Origin: Synechococcus sp.
GTDB lineage: Bacteria > Cyanobacteriota > Cyanobacteriia > Thermostichales > PCC-7336
DNA: 31,246 bases
Direction: 5' to 3'
Assembly (NCBI GenBank): GCA_051439605.1
Contig: JBFRWN010000123.1
Location: 1 to 31,246 of the forward strand
Positions 8,905 to 18,555 of this stretch are shown one piece after another. Every line of letters starts with the position of its first letter. Within the stretch, counting starts at the first letter, position 1. The position numbers and the translations under genes are program-made. Under the pieces are notes generated by a model. The model worked only from the letters and a program-made list of their open reading frames with translations, was not told the DNA's origin and ran no database searches.

Positions 8905-9951
8905 TCACGCTTGAGCTTGCATAAAGGTACCCATCTCGAGAATTTTACGTCGATTTGACAACTCTGCAGCCAATAGAATCGCTTCAATTAAACTACTGGG
9001 GTCAGCTATTCCTTTGCCGGCAATATCGAAAGCCGTGCCGTGATCGGGAGATGTGCGTACGAACGGAAGACCAATTGTAACGTTAACAGCACAATCGAAT
9101 GCCATCAATTTAACCGGAATCAGACCTTGATCGTGATACAGGGCCAAGTAGGCGTCCGAGGTACTGTGGCCGGTTGAATACCAAGCTTGCCCCGCGGGCA
9201 CCCACATGGTGTCGGGGGGAATAGGTCCGATCGCCTGCGGACAACTGGCAATACTCTCGGCGAGCCAATCCGCCTCTTCGCGACCCATTTGTCCTGCTTC
9301 GCCGCTGTGGGGATTGAGTCCTGCCACCGCGATGGTTGGATCGGCAATTCCAAAGTCCCGCTGCAATGTTTCCACTAGAAGCTCCAACTTCCAGCGGATT
9401 AACTCGGGGGTCAATGCTTGTGGAACCCGCTTGAGAGCAATGTGGGTAGTTGCCAGCAAGGCAATCAAGCGCCATCGGGTGAGGGGGGAACGCGCTACAA
9501 ACAACATCCCAAACCGATCGATGCCAGCAGCTCTGGCACAAACCTCCGTCTGACCCGGATAGTGATGTCCTGCTGCAGCCCAAGCGAATTTAGCAATCGG
9601 AGCTGTTACAACAGCATCGCAATCCCCTTGCAGTGTCCGCGAGATCCCCTCAGAAAGGTAGGTAAAGCTGGCGGCTCCGCTGGCTGCGTTCCCCACTCCC
9701 ACCTCGATTTGCGATTGAGTGGCACAATCCAGCAGTTCGAGATCGCGCCAGTCTAAATCGTTCAGAGGCCAAGTACACCCGCTATCTTTGAGCGCAGCAT
9801 TCGTGGATTCGAGAATGTGGCGATCGCCAACGACAACGACATCTGCGACAGCTTTGACCTCTTGAGAGGCGCAAGCTTTTAAAACAATCTCGGGACCAAT
9901 ACTAGCCGGGTCCCCAATGGTAAGGGCGATTCGGGGTTTAGGTTTTGCCAC
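8905..9951 (-). CDS. pdxA: 4-hydroxythreonine-4-phosphate dehydrogenase
   Basis: [52 protein letters not shown]. Confidence 0.96.
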   Translation of the reverse strand: MAKPKPRIALTIGDPASIGPEIVLKACASQEVKAVADVVVVGDRHILESTNAALKDSGCTWPLNDLDWRDLELLDCATQSQIEVGVGNAASGAASFTYLSEGISRTLQGDCDAVVTAPIAKFAWAAAGHHYPGQTEVCARAAGIDRFGMLFVARSPLTRWRLIALLATTHIALKRVPQALTPELIRWKLELLVETLQRDFGIADPTIAVAGLNPHSGEAGQMGREEADWLAESIASCPQAIGPIPPDTMWVPAGQAWYSTGHSTSDAYLALYHDQGLIPVKLMAFDCAVNVTIGLPFVRTSPDHGTAFDIAGKGIADPSSLIEAILLAAELSNRRKILEMGTFMQAQA

Positions 9952-10002
9952 TGAACCTACACACGTTCGTTATTAGAACAGTACACACCACCCTTGAAAT
10001 CC

Positions 10003-10557
10003 TTATTCACAATCAAGAGAGTCTCGGGTGGAAACCCCAGTCACAGGATTTACCCCGGCAGCTCGCTGGCACAATTCTACTTGCGCATCGCTGCGCATTA
10101 ATGCATTCGTAAAATCAGCCCCTTCAATGTCACTCCCTTCTAGCTTTGCCAACCACATATTGCTATCAACAAATAGTGCCCCCTTCAGATTGGCCTGGCG
10201 AAGGTTGGCCATATCCAGGGTTGCTTCGCTCAAATCAGCTCCCCGCAGATCGGTACCAAAAAGGTTGGCCCCAAACAAGCTGGTGCCTACAGCATTAACG
10301 TTGTTTAGATCGGCAAATTTTAAATTGGCTTTGGCAAACGAGTCGTTAGTTAAGTCTCGACCAGCAAAGTTTCTACCCTGCAAATCCTCTTTGTCAAAGT
10401 TATCTGCTAAGGCACAAGGACTGATAATGGCGAAGCATAAAATACAAGAGAGCGCTAGCAATCCGATGCGGCGCAACTGTGCAGCAAAGATCGAACCTGA
10501 ATGCTTCCGGTTTTCTTTCGATATGGCGGGGAAGTACATCTGTAGAAGAATGCCCAC
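10003..10557 (-). CDS. Exported (probably lumenal or periplasmic) pentapeptide-repeat protein; start uncertain (10557 or 10539)
   Basis: Signal peptide ending ALA, A(D/N)Lxx repeats, C-terminal LC...GVNPVTGVSTRDSLDC. Confidence 0.88.
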   Translation of the reverse strand: MGILLQMYFPAISKENRKHSGSIFAAQLRRIGLLALSCILCFAIISPCALADNFDKEDLQGRNFAGRDLTNDSFAKANLKFADLNNVNAVGTSLFGANLFGTDLRGADLSEATLDMANLRQANLKGALFVDSNMWLAKLEGSDIEGADFTNALMRSDAQVELCQRAAGVNPVTGVSTRDSLDCE

Positions 10558-10641
10558 AGTTGGCTCATCTCCTTAAGGAACTATCCTCATTCTCATCGAT
10601 CCAGTCCCTCCAGACTACTCAATTCTTATATTTCTCACAGG

Positions 10642-11034
10642 ATGAAACAGTCAAAACGATTGAGCAACGCTGAAACTGGCCGCGCAGGCGAACAAATTGT
10701 CTGCGATTATCTCCTTCAGCAGGGATGCCGAATCATCCAGAGACAGTGGCGTTGTCGATGGGGGGAGGTTGATATCATTGCTTGTCGCCCCCAAGGCTTG
10801 CACTTTGTAGAGGTCAAAACTCGCAGCAATCGCAATTGGGATGCTGATGGTGCCTTGGCTGTTTCTCCATCCAAACAGCGCAAGCTGATCCGGACGGCTC
10901 AGCTGTTTCTCCAACGTCATCCAAAACTCGTTGACCAGCCCTGTAGATTTGATGTGGCGCTTGTGTGTAAAGGAGATCGCGGTTTGTTTCAACTGACTCG
11001 CTACATTCCAGCCGCATTTCAAATGGGGGCCTAA
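10642..11034 (+). CDS. yraN: YraN/UPF0102 family putative endonuclease
   Basis: G..GE, RWGEVDIIA, FVEVKTR, K..KL.RTA..FL, CRFDV. Confidence 0.92.
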   Translation: MKQSKRLSNAETGRAGEQIVCDYLLQQGCRIIQRQWRCRWGEVDIIACRPQGLHFVEVKTRSNRNWDADGALAVSPSKQRKLIRTAQLFLQRHPKLVDQPCRFDVALVCKGDRGLFQLTRYIPAAFQMGA

Positions 11035-11088
11035 TTTTGAGAAGCGTGCAAGCACCGTCTCAGCAGTGTGGACTTCCCCGTTCCGCCA

Positions 11089-12996
11089 TCAATATTCGCT
11101 GACTAGTGCTTCCACAAACTCGTAGCTCGAGAACGGACGCAAATCCTCAAGCCCTTCGCCAACACCGATAAAGCGGATCGGGAGTTGCATTTCCTTTGCT
11201 ACGGCTAACGCGACTCCCCCTTTCGCCGTACCATCCAGCTTGGTCAGAACGACTCCGCTCAGATCGGCGGCCTCGCTAAACACTTGAGCCTGCCGCAAGC
11301 CATTTTGACCCAAAGTTGCATCCAACACCAACAAGGATTCCACTTTCGCATTAGGGGCTTTTTTATCCACAATTCGGCGAATTTTCGACAGCTCGTCCAT
11401 GAGATTTTTCTTGTTTTGCAAGCGCCCAGCGGTGTCCACCAGTAGTAGTTCAGTGTTGCGGGATTGAGCGGCCGCAATGGCATCAAACACGATCGCAGCA
11501 GGGTCGGTGTTCTTGCCCGGATTCGCTATCACCTCTACCCCAGCGCGTTCCCCCCACTCCTGCACCTGCTCGACGGCAGCAGCCCGAAACGTGTCCCCCG
11601 CCGCAACGAGGACTCGGTAGTCAGACTTTTTAGCTAGATGGGCAATTTTCCCTAAGGTCGTGGTTTTACCGGCACCGTTAACCCCCACCATCAACCAGAT
11701 GTTGAGACTGTCCTCGGTGGGGGCAAAATTGGGTTCGCCCACCGACAAAATTTCCCGCAGTAACTGTTTGAGGTAAGCAACCGCTTCATCGGGAGGCAGT
11801 ACCTCATCCCGCATGCGACTCTGGAGCGCTTCGACAATTTGATCGGTGGCGGCGATGCCAACATCGGCCTGCAGCAACAAGGATTCGATTTCCTCAACTG
11901 CTTCATCGTTAATCGGGCCTTTACCCACCAATGACTTGAGCTGGTTAATCAGCGAGAGGCGGGTTTTCCCCAAGCCCCGACGAAGCTTCTGCAGCCAGGT
12001 AATTTCCTCAACAGTAATTTCATCTACCCGGCGCCCTTGGGCTGCTAAAACTTCCGTAGACCACACAAACCCATCATCGAAGTCGGGAACAAAGGTTTGA
12101 GCTGCCGCCTCTAGAGCTGTTGTGGCCCCCTGAACAGGTTCCTCTGGCTCGGGCTCTTCGATCGCCTCAGCTTCCAACACCTCAAGGCGTTCGGAGGCTT
12201 TTGGGGCCATTTCAAAGAAGGCTTTGGGGGCTGCGGGTTCAGGCGACACCGTCGCAGCCTCCGCCAGTTCAGTCAGGTGGCTGGTGCTAGGTTCTGCAGG
12301 GACATTCAGAGGGGGCTCGGCGAGAGGGGGCTCGACTGTAGTTGCTTCGCTTGCTAATAAGGCCTCAACTTCATCCGTTGCGACCTCTGCCTCGACAGAG
12401 ACGACTGCTGGCTCACTCTCAACAGTCACATCAGGGGTTTCCAGTACTGCCTGTTGCTCTGCTCCGACTTCAATCGCCGCAGTGGAGGGCACTTCGGTCA
12501 GGGGAGTTTCAGGAGCTGCAGGTTGATCGAACTCGGCTATCGCAATGGCAGGCTTGGAGGGAGGCTCTGATTCGGAAACCGGCATTACTGATGGAGGAGC
12601 AGTAATTGTTGCAGATATAAAGTCAGCTGAGTCACCATCAGGAACCTTTTGCTCTGCGGGTAGATCGGGTAAAACCGGTGGGGTGGCTGGTTTTGCGGAT
12701 GCTTTAGACTCGACGACAGTAGTCTCTGCTGGGGTGAGAGGGGCCTTAGTAGCCTGTTGGGCTTTCAAGTTGGCATAAGCCGCCTTGGCAAAGGCAAGGT
12801 AATCTTCTGTAGCAGCAGGAGGTGACGCAGCTTCAGAGCTAGATGGCTCGCTGGCTTGGAGCGAACTGGTTTTGGGCGAACTGGTAGGAGAACGGGAAGA
12901 GGAGGAACTCGCAGGGGATGCTTCTTCCTCACGCTTTTTCTGCGGCTGTTCTTCGGGTTCTGTCTTCTTTTGGCGGCGGAACCAGTCAAAAACCAT
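11089..12996 (-). CDS. ftsY: SRP receptor FtsY with a long acidic/Pro-Ala-rich N-terminal region
   Basis: GVNGAGKTTT, DTFRAAA, DTAGR, TKLDGTAKGG, IGVGEGLEDL. Confidence 0.97.
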   Translation of the reverse strand: MVFDWFRRQKKTEPEEQPQKKREEEASPASSSSSRSPTSSPKTSSLQASEPSSSEAASPPAATEDYLAFAKAAYANLKAQQATKAPLTPAETTVVESKASAKPATPPVLPDLPAEQKVPDGDSADFISATITAPPSVMPVSESEPPSKPAIAIAEFDQPAAPETPLTEVPSTAAIEVGAEQQAVLETPDVTVESEPAVVSVEAEVATDEVEALLASEATTVEPPLAEPPLNVPAEPSTSHLTELAEAATVSPEPAAPKAFFEMAPKASERLEVLEAEAIEEPEPEEPVQGATTALEAAAQTFVPDFDDGFVWSTEVLAAQGRRVDEITVEEITWLQKLRRGLGKTRLSLINQLKSLVGKGPINDEAVEEIESLLLQADVGIAATDQIVEALQSRMRDEVLPPDEAVAYLKQLLREILSVGEPNFAPTEDSLNIWLMVGVNGAGKTTTLGKIAHLAKKSDYRVLVAAGDTFRAAAVEQVQEWGERAGVEVIANPGKNTDPAAIVFDAIAAAQSRNTELLLVDTAGRLQNKKNLMDELSKIRRIVDKKAPNAKVESLLVLDATLGQNGLRQAQVFSEAADLSGVVLTKLDGTAKGGVALAVAKEMQLPIRFIGVGEGLEDLRPFSSYEFVEALVSEY

Positions 12997-13145
12997 CAGC
13001 AGCTCTCCATCTAGGCACTTCCAGCATAATGCGGCACAGCTCTGGTTGCGTTCGTTTGGGGGAGTACGGATTGCCGCTTCTGACTAGAAAAACTATGCTG
13101 CCGTTGGGGGGCTGGCCATAATAAATCTAGCGATGTGCGATCGCC

Positions 13146-13454
13146 ATGAATCCAATCTCAAAGTTGCTGGGCAAATCCCTCCAAGATGTGCAAGCAAAGG
13201 TTGAAATCTACAGCTGGCAAACCTGCCCCTATTGCATTCGAGCCAAGCTATTGCTTTGGATGAAGGGGGTAAAGTATACGGAATATAAAATCGATGGCGA
13301 TGAATCGGCTCGTGCTGCAATGGCTGTACGAGCACATGGCAGACACACAGTGCCACAAATATTTATAAACGGCAGCCACATTGGAGGCTGCAACGATCTC
13401 TACGCCCTCAACCGCAATCATAAACTCGATCGACTGCTATTGCAGTCAAGCTAA
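13146..13454 (+). CDS. grxC: Dithiol glutaredoxin
   Basis: CPYC active site, TVPQIFIN, IGGCNDL. Confidence 0.92.
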   Translation: MNPISKLLGKSLQDVQAKVEIYSWQTCPYCIRAKLLLWMKGVKYTEYKIDGDESARAAMAVRAHGRHTVPQIFINGSHIGGCNDLYALNRNHKLDRLLLQSS

Positions 13455-13465
13455 TAGCAATCGAA

Positions 13466-15259
13466 CTAAATTTTTGTTCCGCAATCGGCGCAGAAATTGT
13501 GGGAGGCGGGGTTCTTGGTACCGCAGTTGGGGCAGTAAATCAACTCTGCTGCCAACTCCAACTTGCGTTCGGGAATCCCTAGCATGACCGCGTTAGATTT
13601 ACCGGGGGCAACCATGGGGTAGCAGTTTTCCTCGCGATGAACGCGGAAATCTGCCAGAACAGGTCCTTCTTCCTGGAGCATTGCCTGTATGGCATCATCT
13701 AGCTGGTCGGGGTGCTCTGCCATAATTCCCTTCACACCAAAGGCTTCGGCCAGTTTCACGAAGTCGGGCATACCAGCATCCATGTTGGAGTGGGAATAGC
13801 GCTGACCGTAGAAGTTCTGCTGCCACTGGCGCACCATCCCCTGCCACCGATTGTTAATGATGGCAACCTTTGTCCCAATATCGTATTGGGACACGGTAGC
13901 TAGTTCCTGCAAGTTCATCTGGAAGCTGGCATCGCCGCTAATGCAAATCACCTCTTCCTGGGGCAGTGCAACCTTTACCCCCATAGCAGCAGGGAAGCCA
14001 AAACCCATCGTCCCCAATCCTGCGCTCGATATCCACTGGCGCGGCCCGTTGCGTAGAAACTGTGCAGCCCACATTTGGTGCTGACCCACATCCGTGGTGT
14101 AGTAGGCAGTTGGGGCATGACGACGGAAAGCATCGATCACCTGTTGAGGGGACAGCATACCGTCGTAGGTGGGAACCACCAAGGGATAATCGCGCTTCCA
14201 GCGATCGATGCGATCGAGCCATGCCTGAGTCTCGCCAGGAGTCACGGCCATTTTTTCCAACTGGGCCAGCAGGTCTTTCAGGACGGTACGTACGTCCCCC
14301 ACAATGGGGACATCTGGACCGCGATTTTTGCCCACCTCTGCCGGGTCAATGTCGATGTGAACGACCTTGGCACGAGCGGCGAATTCATCCAATTTGCCAG
14401 TGACGCGATCGTCGAAGCGGGCACCAACTGCAATCAGAAGATCGCATTCGGTGACGGCATAGTTGGCGTAAGCGGTGCCGTGCATGCCCAACATGCCTAA
14501 CGACAGGGAATGATTTTCGTCAAATGCCCCTTTCCCCATCAGAGTCGTGGTGACAGGGATGCGCAACCGCTCTGCAAGTTGATGCAGTTCGGCATGAGCC
14601 CCTGAGGTAATAGCCCCGCCCCCCACGTAAAGCAGAGGTTGCTTGGCAGCCAACATGGCTTGTGCCGCAGCATGAATTTGGCGAGGATTCCCCCGAACGG
14701 TAGGTTTATAACCAGACAGGCGGACGTTGGAGATTGGCGAATAGTCGATCTCCTCTAGACCAACATCCTTGGGGATATCGATCAGAACCGGGCCGGGGCG
14801 GCCAGTTTTGGCAATGTGGAAGGCTTCTGCAACAACTCTGGCGATATCATTGGTATCTCGCACTACATAGGAATGTTTGACGGTGGGTAGAGAAATCCCA
14901 AATGTGTCCGTCTCTTGAAACGCATCGGTACCGATCGCCTTGCGGGGAACCTGTCCGGTGATGGCCACCATTGGAATGGAGTCCATGTAGGCTGTGGCCA
15001 GGCCCGTAATCAGATTCGTAGCCCCTGGGCCAGAGGTAGCAAAGCAGACTCCGACCTCGCCAGTGGCCCGAGCATAGCCGTCTGCAGCGTGACTGGCAGC
15101 CTGTTCGTGTCGAACGAGAAAATGATGAATTCCCCCGGCTTCCTCTGCTTTGTAAAGCTCGTCGTAAACAGGAAGTATGGCACCGCCGGGATAGCCAAAT
15201 ATATGCTTAACCCCTTGGCGACGCAGACTATCGACCAGCGCGTACCCACCTGTTACCAC
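13466..15259 (-). CDS. ilvB: Acetolactate synthase large subunit with a C-terminal Zn-ribbon extension
   Basis: [41 protein letters not shown] start preceded by GGAG. Confidence 0.96.
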   Translation of the reverse strand: MVTGGYALVDSLRRQGVKHIFGYPGGAILPVYDELYKAEEAGGIHHFLVRHEQAASHAADGYARATGEVGVCFATSGPGATNLITGLATAYMDSIPMVAITGQVPRKAIGTDAFQETDTFGISLPTVKHSYVVRDTNDIARVVAEAFHIAKTGRPGPVLIDIPKDVGLEEIDYSPISNVRLSGYKPTVRGNPRQIHAAAQAMLAAKQPLLYVGGGAITSGAHAELHQLAERLRIPVTTTLMGKGAFDENHSLSLGMLGMHGTAYANYAVTECDLLIAVGARFDDRVTGKLDEFAARAKVVHIDIDPAEVGKNRGPDVPIVGDVRTVLKDLLAQLEKMAVTPGETQAWLDRIDRWKRDYPLVVPTYDGMLSPQQVIDAFRRHAPTAYYTTDVGQHQMWAAQFLRNGPRQWISSAGLGTMGFGFPAAMGVKVALPQEEVICISGDASFQMNLQELATVSQYDIGTKVAIINNRWQGMVRQWQQNFYGQRYSHSNMDAGMPDFVKLAEAFGVKGIMAEHPDQLDDAIQAMLQEEGPVLADFRVHREENCYPMVAPGKSNAVMLGIPERKLELAAELIYCPNCGTKNPASHNFCADCGTKI

Positions 15260-15400
15260 GAGTCAGTCTCCAGCGTTTGAGCGATGAGAGTGTAAAGCCC
15301 ACAACCACTGCACCTCAACACTTTTTAGGCATGCGATCGCACAGCAGAAGAGGGTGGTCAAAAAACTTGAGCCATCAGTCTAGCAGCTTTTCTCGAGTTT

Positions 15401-15414
15401 GTAGCAAGCAATAC
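15401..15414. promoter_or_regulatory. Candidate NtcA box upstream of ilvB
   Basis: tGTA-GCAAGCAA-TAC matches GTA-N8-TAC in an intergenic region. Confidence 0.35.
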
Positions 15415-15624
15415 TATAAAAAAATAGTTTTACCCGATGGGCTTAACTTACCAAAAAGACAGAACAGTATTCCTAACCGTCCAATCGAGAGGTAATCCAC
15501 ATGAAACCAGTTAAGACCCAAAGTGGAAGAAAAAGTTGATACAAGCCGGTACACATTACTGGTGGTTGGAAGAGTCATTAAGATATTGGGTCGCTATTGG
15601 GGGGTGATGGGAGTCTTTACTCAG

Positions 15625-16173
15625 TTACATTTTCGTGCGTCGTCGGCTGTTAACGCGTCGCTTGATGCCAGACCCGATCCAATCGCTGAGGGAATGACTC
15701 ATAGCTCCCAGTTCCAAACCAACCAGAGCGGCCAGCACAATTCCTCCGTGGGGAATATTCAATTTCCCGGTGGGATGCGATAACCAGGCTAGACTTTGGC
15801 GTAGCCAGAAGGCTGGTTGCCATGGCCAATCGGCGTAGAGGTGGCCGACATAAACAGCCGCCGCAGCGGGGATGGCAATCCACATGATGAGGTACAGTAC
15901 CCGTCCACAGGTCCCCAAGATTGGACCGTGGGACCACATCGAACGATGCTTGCACAGGCGTCGGTAGGGCAGCCAAATCCACCTCAGCCATAACCAACGA
16001 TTGTATTGATGCGATCGCGTATCCAAGTCTCCACTAAACATCAGTCCAGCAAATAAAAAAGCTCCGCCAACTGCCAGCGCCACCGAGGAGCTCTGGGCCA
16101 GCATCCCCGAAAGTAACGTCACAACCGGCAGGCTGTATAGGGTAATGCGATCGTGGGTGCGACCGGAGGGCAT
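15625..16173 (-). CDS. DUF2227-family putative metal-binding membrane protein
   Basis: MPSGRTHDRITL, FSGDLD, W.PY....HRS.WSHGP, GLELGAMSHSLSD. Confidence 0.85.
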   Translation of the reverse strand: MPSGRTHDRITLYSLPVVTLLSGMLAQSSSVALAVGGAFLFAGLMFSGDLDTRSHQYNRWLWLRWIWLPYRRLCKHRSMWSHGPILGTCGRVLYLIMWIAIPAAAAVYVGHLYADWPWQPAFWLRQSLAWLSHPTGKLNIPHGGIVLAALVGLELGAMSHSLSDWIGSGIKRRVNSRRRTKM

Positions 16174-16213
16174 AGGGTAGACAGATTAGCCGTCAGATTG
16201 ATATGCCCCGAAC

Positions 16214-17044
16214 CTATCTCAGATTCTTGCCAGGAGCGAATGGAGGGGCACACCATCCGTACTTCTCAAGCATGGCGATCAGGTGTAAATCCTTTTCTAG
16301 GAGACAGGCATGCCCACTGTTGGGCAGAAGTTCTAACTGGGCAGAGGGTAAATAGGTTTGCAGGTGATTCGCCTCTCGTTCTGAGGGAAGGAGGCGATCT
16401 TTTTGGCTGGCAATCAGCAGGATCGGACCGTTCAAAGTCTTGAGAGCGGGAAGATTCACCTCAAACTGTCTGAGCAGCTGCAGGCGATGGAGGGTATCGG
16501 CTTTGCTGACTGACTCAACCGCCTGTTGAAAGCGTTGCAGATCTGAGGGATGGATGCGCTCTGGATTACATAGCCAATTGAGGCTAACTGCCGCCGTGGA
16601 GTTCAATATCCCTTCGGGGATCAGTGTCAAGAGGCTCGTCAACGAATTGAGCAAGGGGACTTTGCGAAATGCCGAAGCGGGATTGATTAAAATTAGCCCC
16701 GCCACGAGATGAGGGAACAGGGAAGCCAGAGTTAAGGCCAGACATCCTCCAAACGACTCTCCGCATAATATTGCCGGCTCCTCCTGCAAATGCTGGTTGA
16801 CTACGGTAGTGACGAGCTGTTCCCAGGAGGGTTTCACCAACCCATTAAATGTAAAGGGCTGCACCTCAAATGAGGTGCTTAAGCGGGTCGTCTGACGGTA
16901 AAACAAATCCCCCGTTCCGTCCATGCCGGGTAAGTAAATTAGCTTCGGAAATCGGGCAGGTTTGAGGGCTACGTCTTGGTCTCGTTCTAGATTGAATGCT
17001 GGGCGATCGCCGCGCATTGCTTCAAAGTTGGGGGGAAATGACAT
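16214..17044 (-). CDS. Alpha/beta hydrolase (esterase/lipase-like)
   Basis: YLPGMDGTG, GESFGG nucleophile elbow, D.LLPS, SGHACLLE. Confidence 0.9.
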   Translation of the reverse strand: MSFPPNFEAMRGDRPAFNLERDQDVALKPARFPKLIYLPGMDGTGDLFYRQTTRLSTSFEVQPFTFNGLVKPSWEQLVTTVVNQHLQEEPAILCGESFGGCLALTLASLFPHLVAGLILINPASAFRKVPLLNSLTSLLTLIPEGILNSTAAVSLNWLCNPERIHPSDLQRFQQAVESVSKADTLHRLQLLRQFEVNLPALKTLNGPILLIASQKDRLLPSEREANHLQTYLPSAQLELLPNSGHACLLEKDLHLIAMLEKYGWCAPPFAPGKNLR

Positions 17045-17127
17045 CAGGAGTTACGCGTCAAGGAGCTGCTGAATCGTAGATTGGACCGTATGAGTGAGTT
17101 GGGAGGAATCCAAGCCCCTCCAAGACT

Positions 17128-17143
17128 GTTCAATTAATTGAAC
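17128..17143. promoter_or_regulatory. Perfect 16-bp palindrome between divergent genes; possible operator
   Basis: GTTCAATTAATTGAAC is its own reverse complement. Confidence 0.4.
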
Positions 17144-17390
17144 TCTGTGAGAAATTGGATAAGCGGGAACCTAAATCAGGGACAAAGCCTATATCCAGTG
17201 TAGTTTTAGCTGGCTATGTAACTGGATAGAATCTTGAGTTCGTTACCTACAGACCGATTCAGGGGAGATCGAGTCCCGCAAATCGTAGCAGTATGGGGTG
17301 CCCCCGACAGTCCCCAGATGCGCGTACAATCGAGACGCTGCAAATGATTCGTATCGATATAGTCCTCGCCCCCCGCTTAACGAGGTTTCA

Positions 17391-18452
17391 ATGGCTCGCA
17401 CCAAATTAACACCAGAAGCCCGTCTACAGCTGGTTGAGCAATATCGCCAACCTGGGATTACTGTTGCGATGCTAGCCGAACAGTTTGGTGTCAGCAGCAG
17501 CACAGCTTCCCGCGTACTAAAGGAAGACATTCCTGCGCAAGAATACAAAGTACTCGTGAGGCAAAAGCGTGCGGGTCGTCCCACCAAGAGGTCAACAGAG
17601 ACTCAGCCTTTCCTTCTGAATGCTATTGATGCTACGGAATCCGAGGCTCAGGAAGAGTTCGCCGCTCCTAAAGCCGCAATTCACGACACAGACACTGCGG
17701 CAGCTCCGGCCTCTGAGACCTACGATCTCGATACAGATATCGTGGAGAAAGGAGTTGATGATTATTCTGAGGGCGATGGCGAGAGGACAGACGACGACAG
17801 AGTGGATGAAACTGCCGAACAGCTAGAAGCAGAGTTGTTTGGGGATAGCGAGGACGAAGACGAGGATGAAGCAGATGAATATATTTCATCCGCCTTCGAC
17901 GATGAAGAGTTTGACGAGGAGGACGAAGAGTTTGACGAGGAGGATGAAGAGTTTGACGAGGAGGATGAAGTACTTACAAAGGCAGCAGCAGGGGTCAACG
18001 AAGACGAAATAGACACATTCCCTTGGGGTGAACAACCCAGTCAAGTGGAAGTGGTCGGGCCCTCGCCCGCTTGGCTTTCCGCTGTACAAGCAAACCCTGA
18101 ATTAGCTCCCCCAACAGCTTCCAAGCCCATCAATATTCTGGAGTTAGAGACGCTGGATTTACCTCAGCAATGCTTTGCTGTGGTCGATCGCTTTCAAGAG
18201 CTGACCACCTGTCCGCTACAAGAGTTTAATCATTTGGGAGAGATTCCTCAGGAGTTGACGGACGCCAAAGCGTTGCCTCTCTTTGATAGCCATCGCATCG
18301 CGCGCCGTTTTTCCGATCGCTTTCGCCATCGCGGGCGCCACAAGCATCGCGTGATTGGTTTCCCAGGGTATTTTTTAGAGGTGGCGCGAGATCAGCTGCA
18401 GGCAAAAGGAATTACCCATTTGTTGCTGGACAACCAAGTGTACGAGCTGTAA
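17391..18452 (+). CDS. Conserved-looking hypothetical protein: N-terminal HTH, long acidic linker, globular C-terminal domain
   Basis: MARTKLT...YRQPGITVAMLAEQFGVSSSTASRVLK HTH; D/E-rich middle; start placed at ATG 17391 after GAGG. Confidence 0.8.
   Translation: MARTKLTPEARLQLVEQYRQPGITVAMLAEQFGVSSSTASRVLKEDIPAQEYKVLVRQKRAGRPTKRSTETQPFLLNAIDATESEAQEEFAAPKAAIHDTDTAAAPASETYDLDTDIVEKGVDDYSEGDGERTDDDRVDETAEQLEAELFGDSEDEDEDEADEYISSAFDDEEFDEEDEEFDEEDEEFDEEDEVLTKAAAGVNEDEIDTFPWGEQPSQVEVVGPSPAWLSAVQANPELAPPTASKPINILELETLDLPQQCFAVVDRFQELTTCPLQEFNHLGEIPQELTDAKALPLFDSHRIARRFSDRFRHRGRHKHRVIGFPGYFLEVARDQLQAKGITHLLLDNQVYEL
17901..17970 (+). repeat. In-frame 21-bp tandem repeat, about 3.3 copies, encoding DEEFDEE
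   Basis: ga(t/c)gaagagtttgacgaggag at 17901, 17922 and 17943, partial copy at 17964. Confidence 0.92.
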
Positions 18453-18555
18453 ATGCCGCCGGAAGTCCATCCAGCTTGTCAGCCTTGCCTTGCTGGAGTT
18501 GAATAACTCCCCACTCAAAGACGGCAAAAGATCCTAATGCGAGCTTAAGTTTCTA

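Noticed and set aside
10028..10576. Long antisense ORFs (also 5575-5961, 10651-11055, 19621-20130, 21728-22219, 30455-30775)
   Set aside because: Shadow frames of well-supported genes on the opposite strand, with no independent motifs
10642..11034. YraN as part of a defence or mobility system
   Set aside because: Common stand-alone gene; its neighbours are housekeeping genes
15501..15539. 12-codon ORF MKPVKTQSGRKS with a good GAGAGG RBS
   Set aside because: Too short to judge, on the opposite strand to ilvB and not rich in Ile/Leu/Val, so not an attenuator leader
17901..17970. CRISPR-like repeat array
   Set aside because: Units are contiguous with no spacers, in frame within a CDS, and no cas genes are present
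17391..18452. Transposase or IS element, suggested by the N-terminal HTH
   Set aside because: No recognisable DDE or HUH catalytic motifs and no flanking terminal repeats
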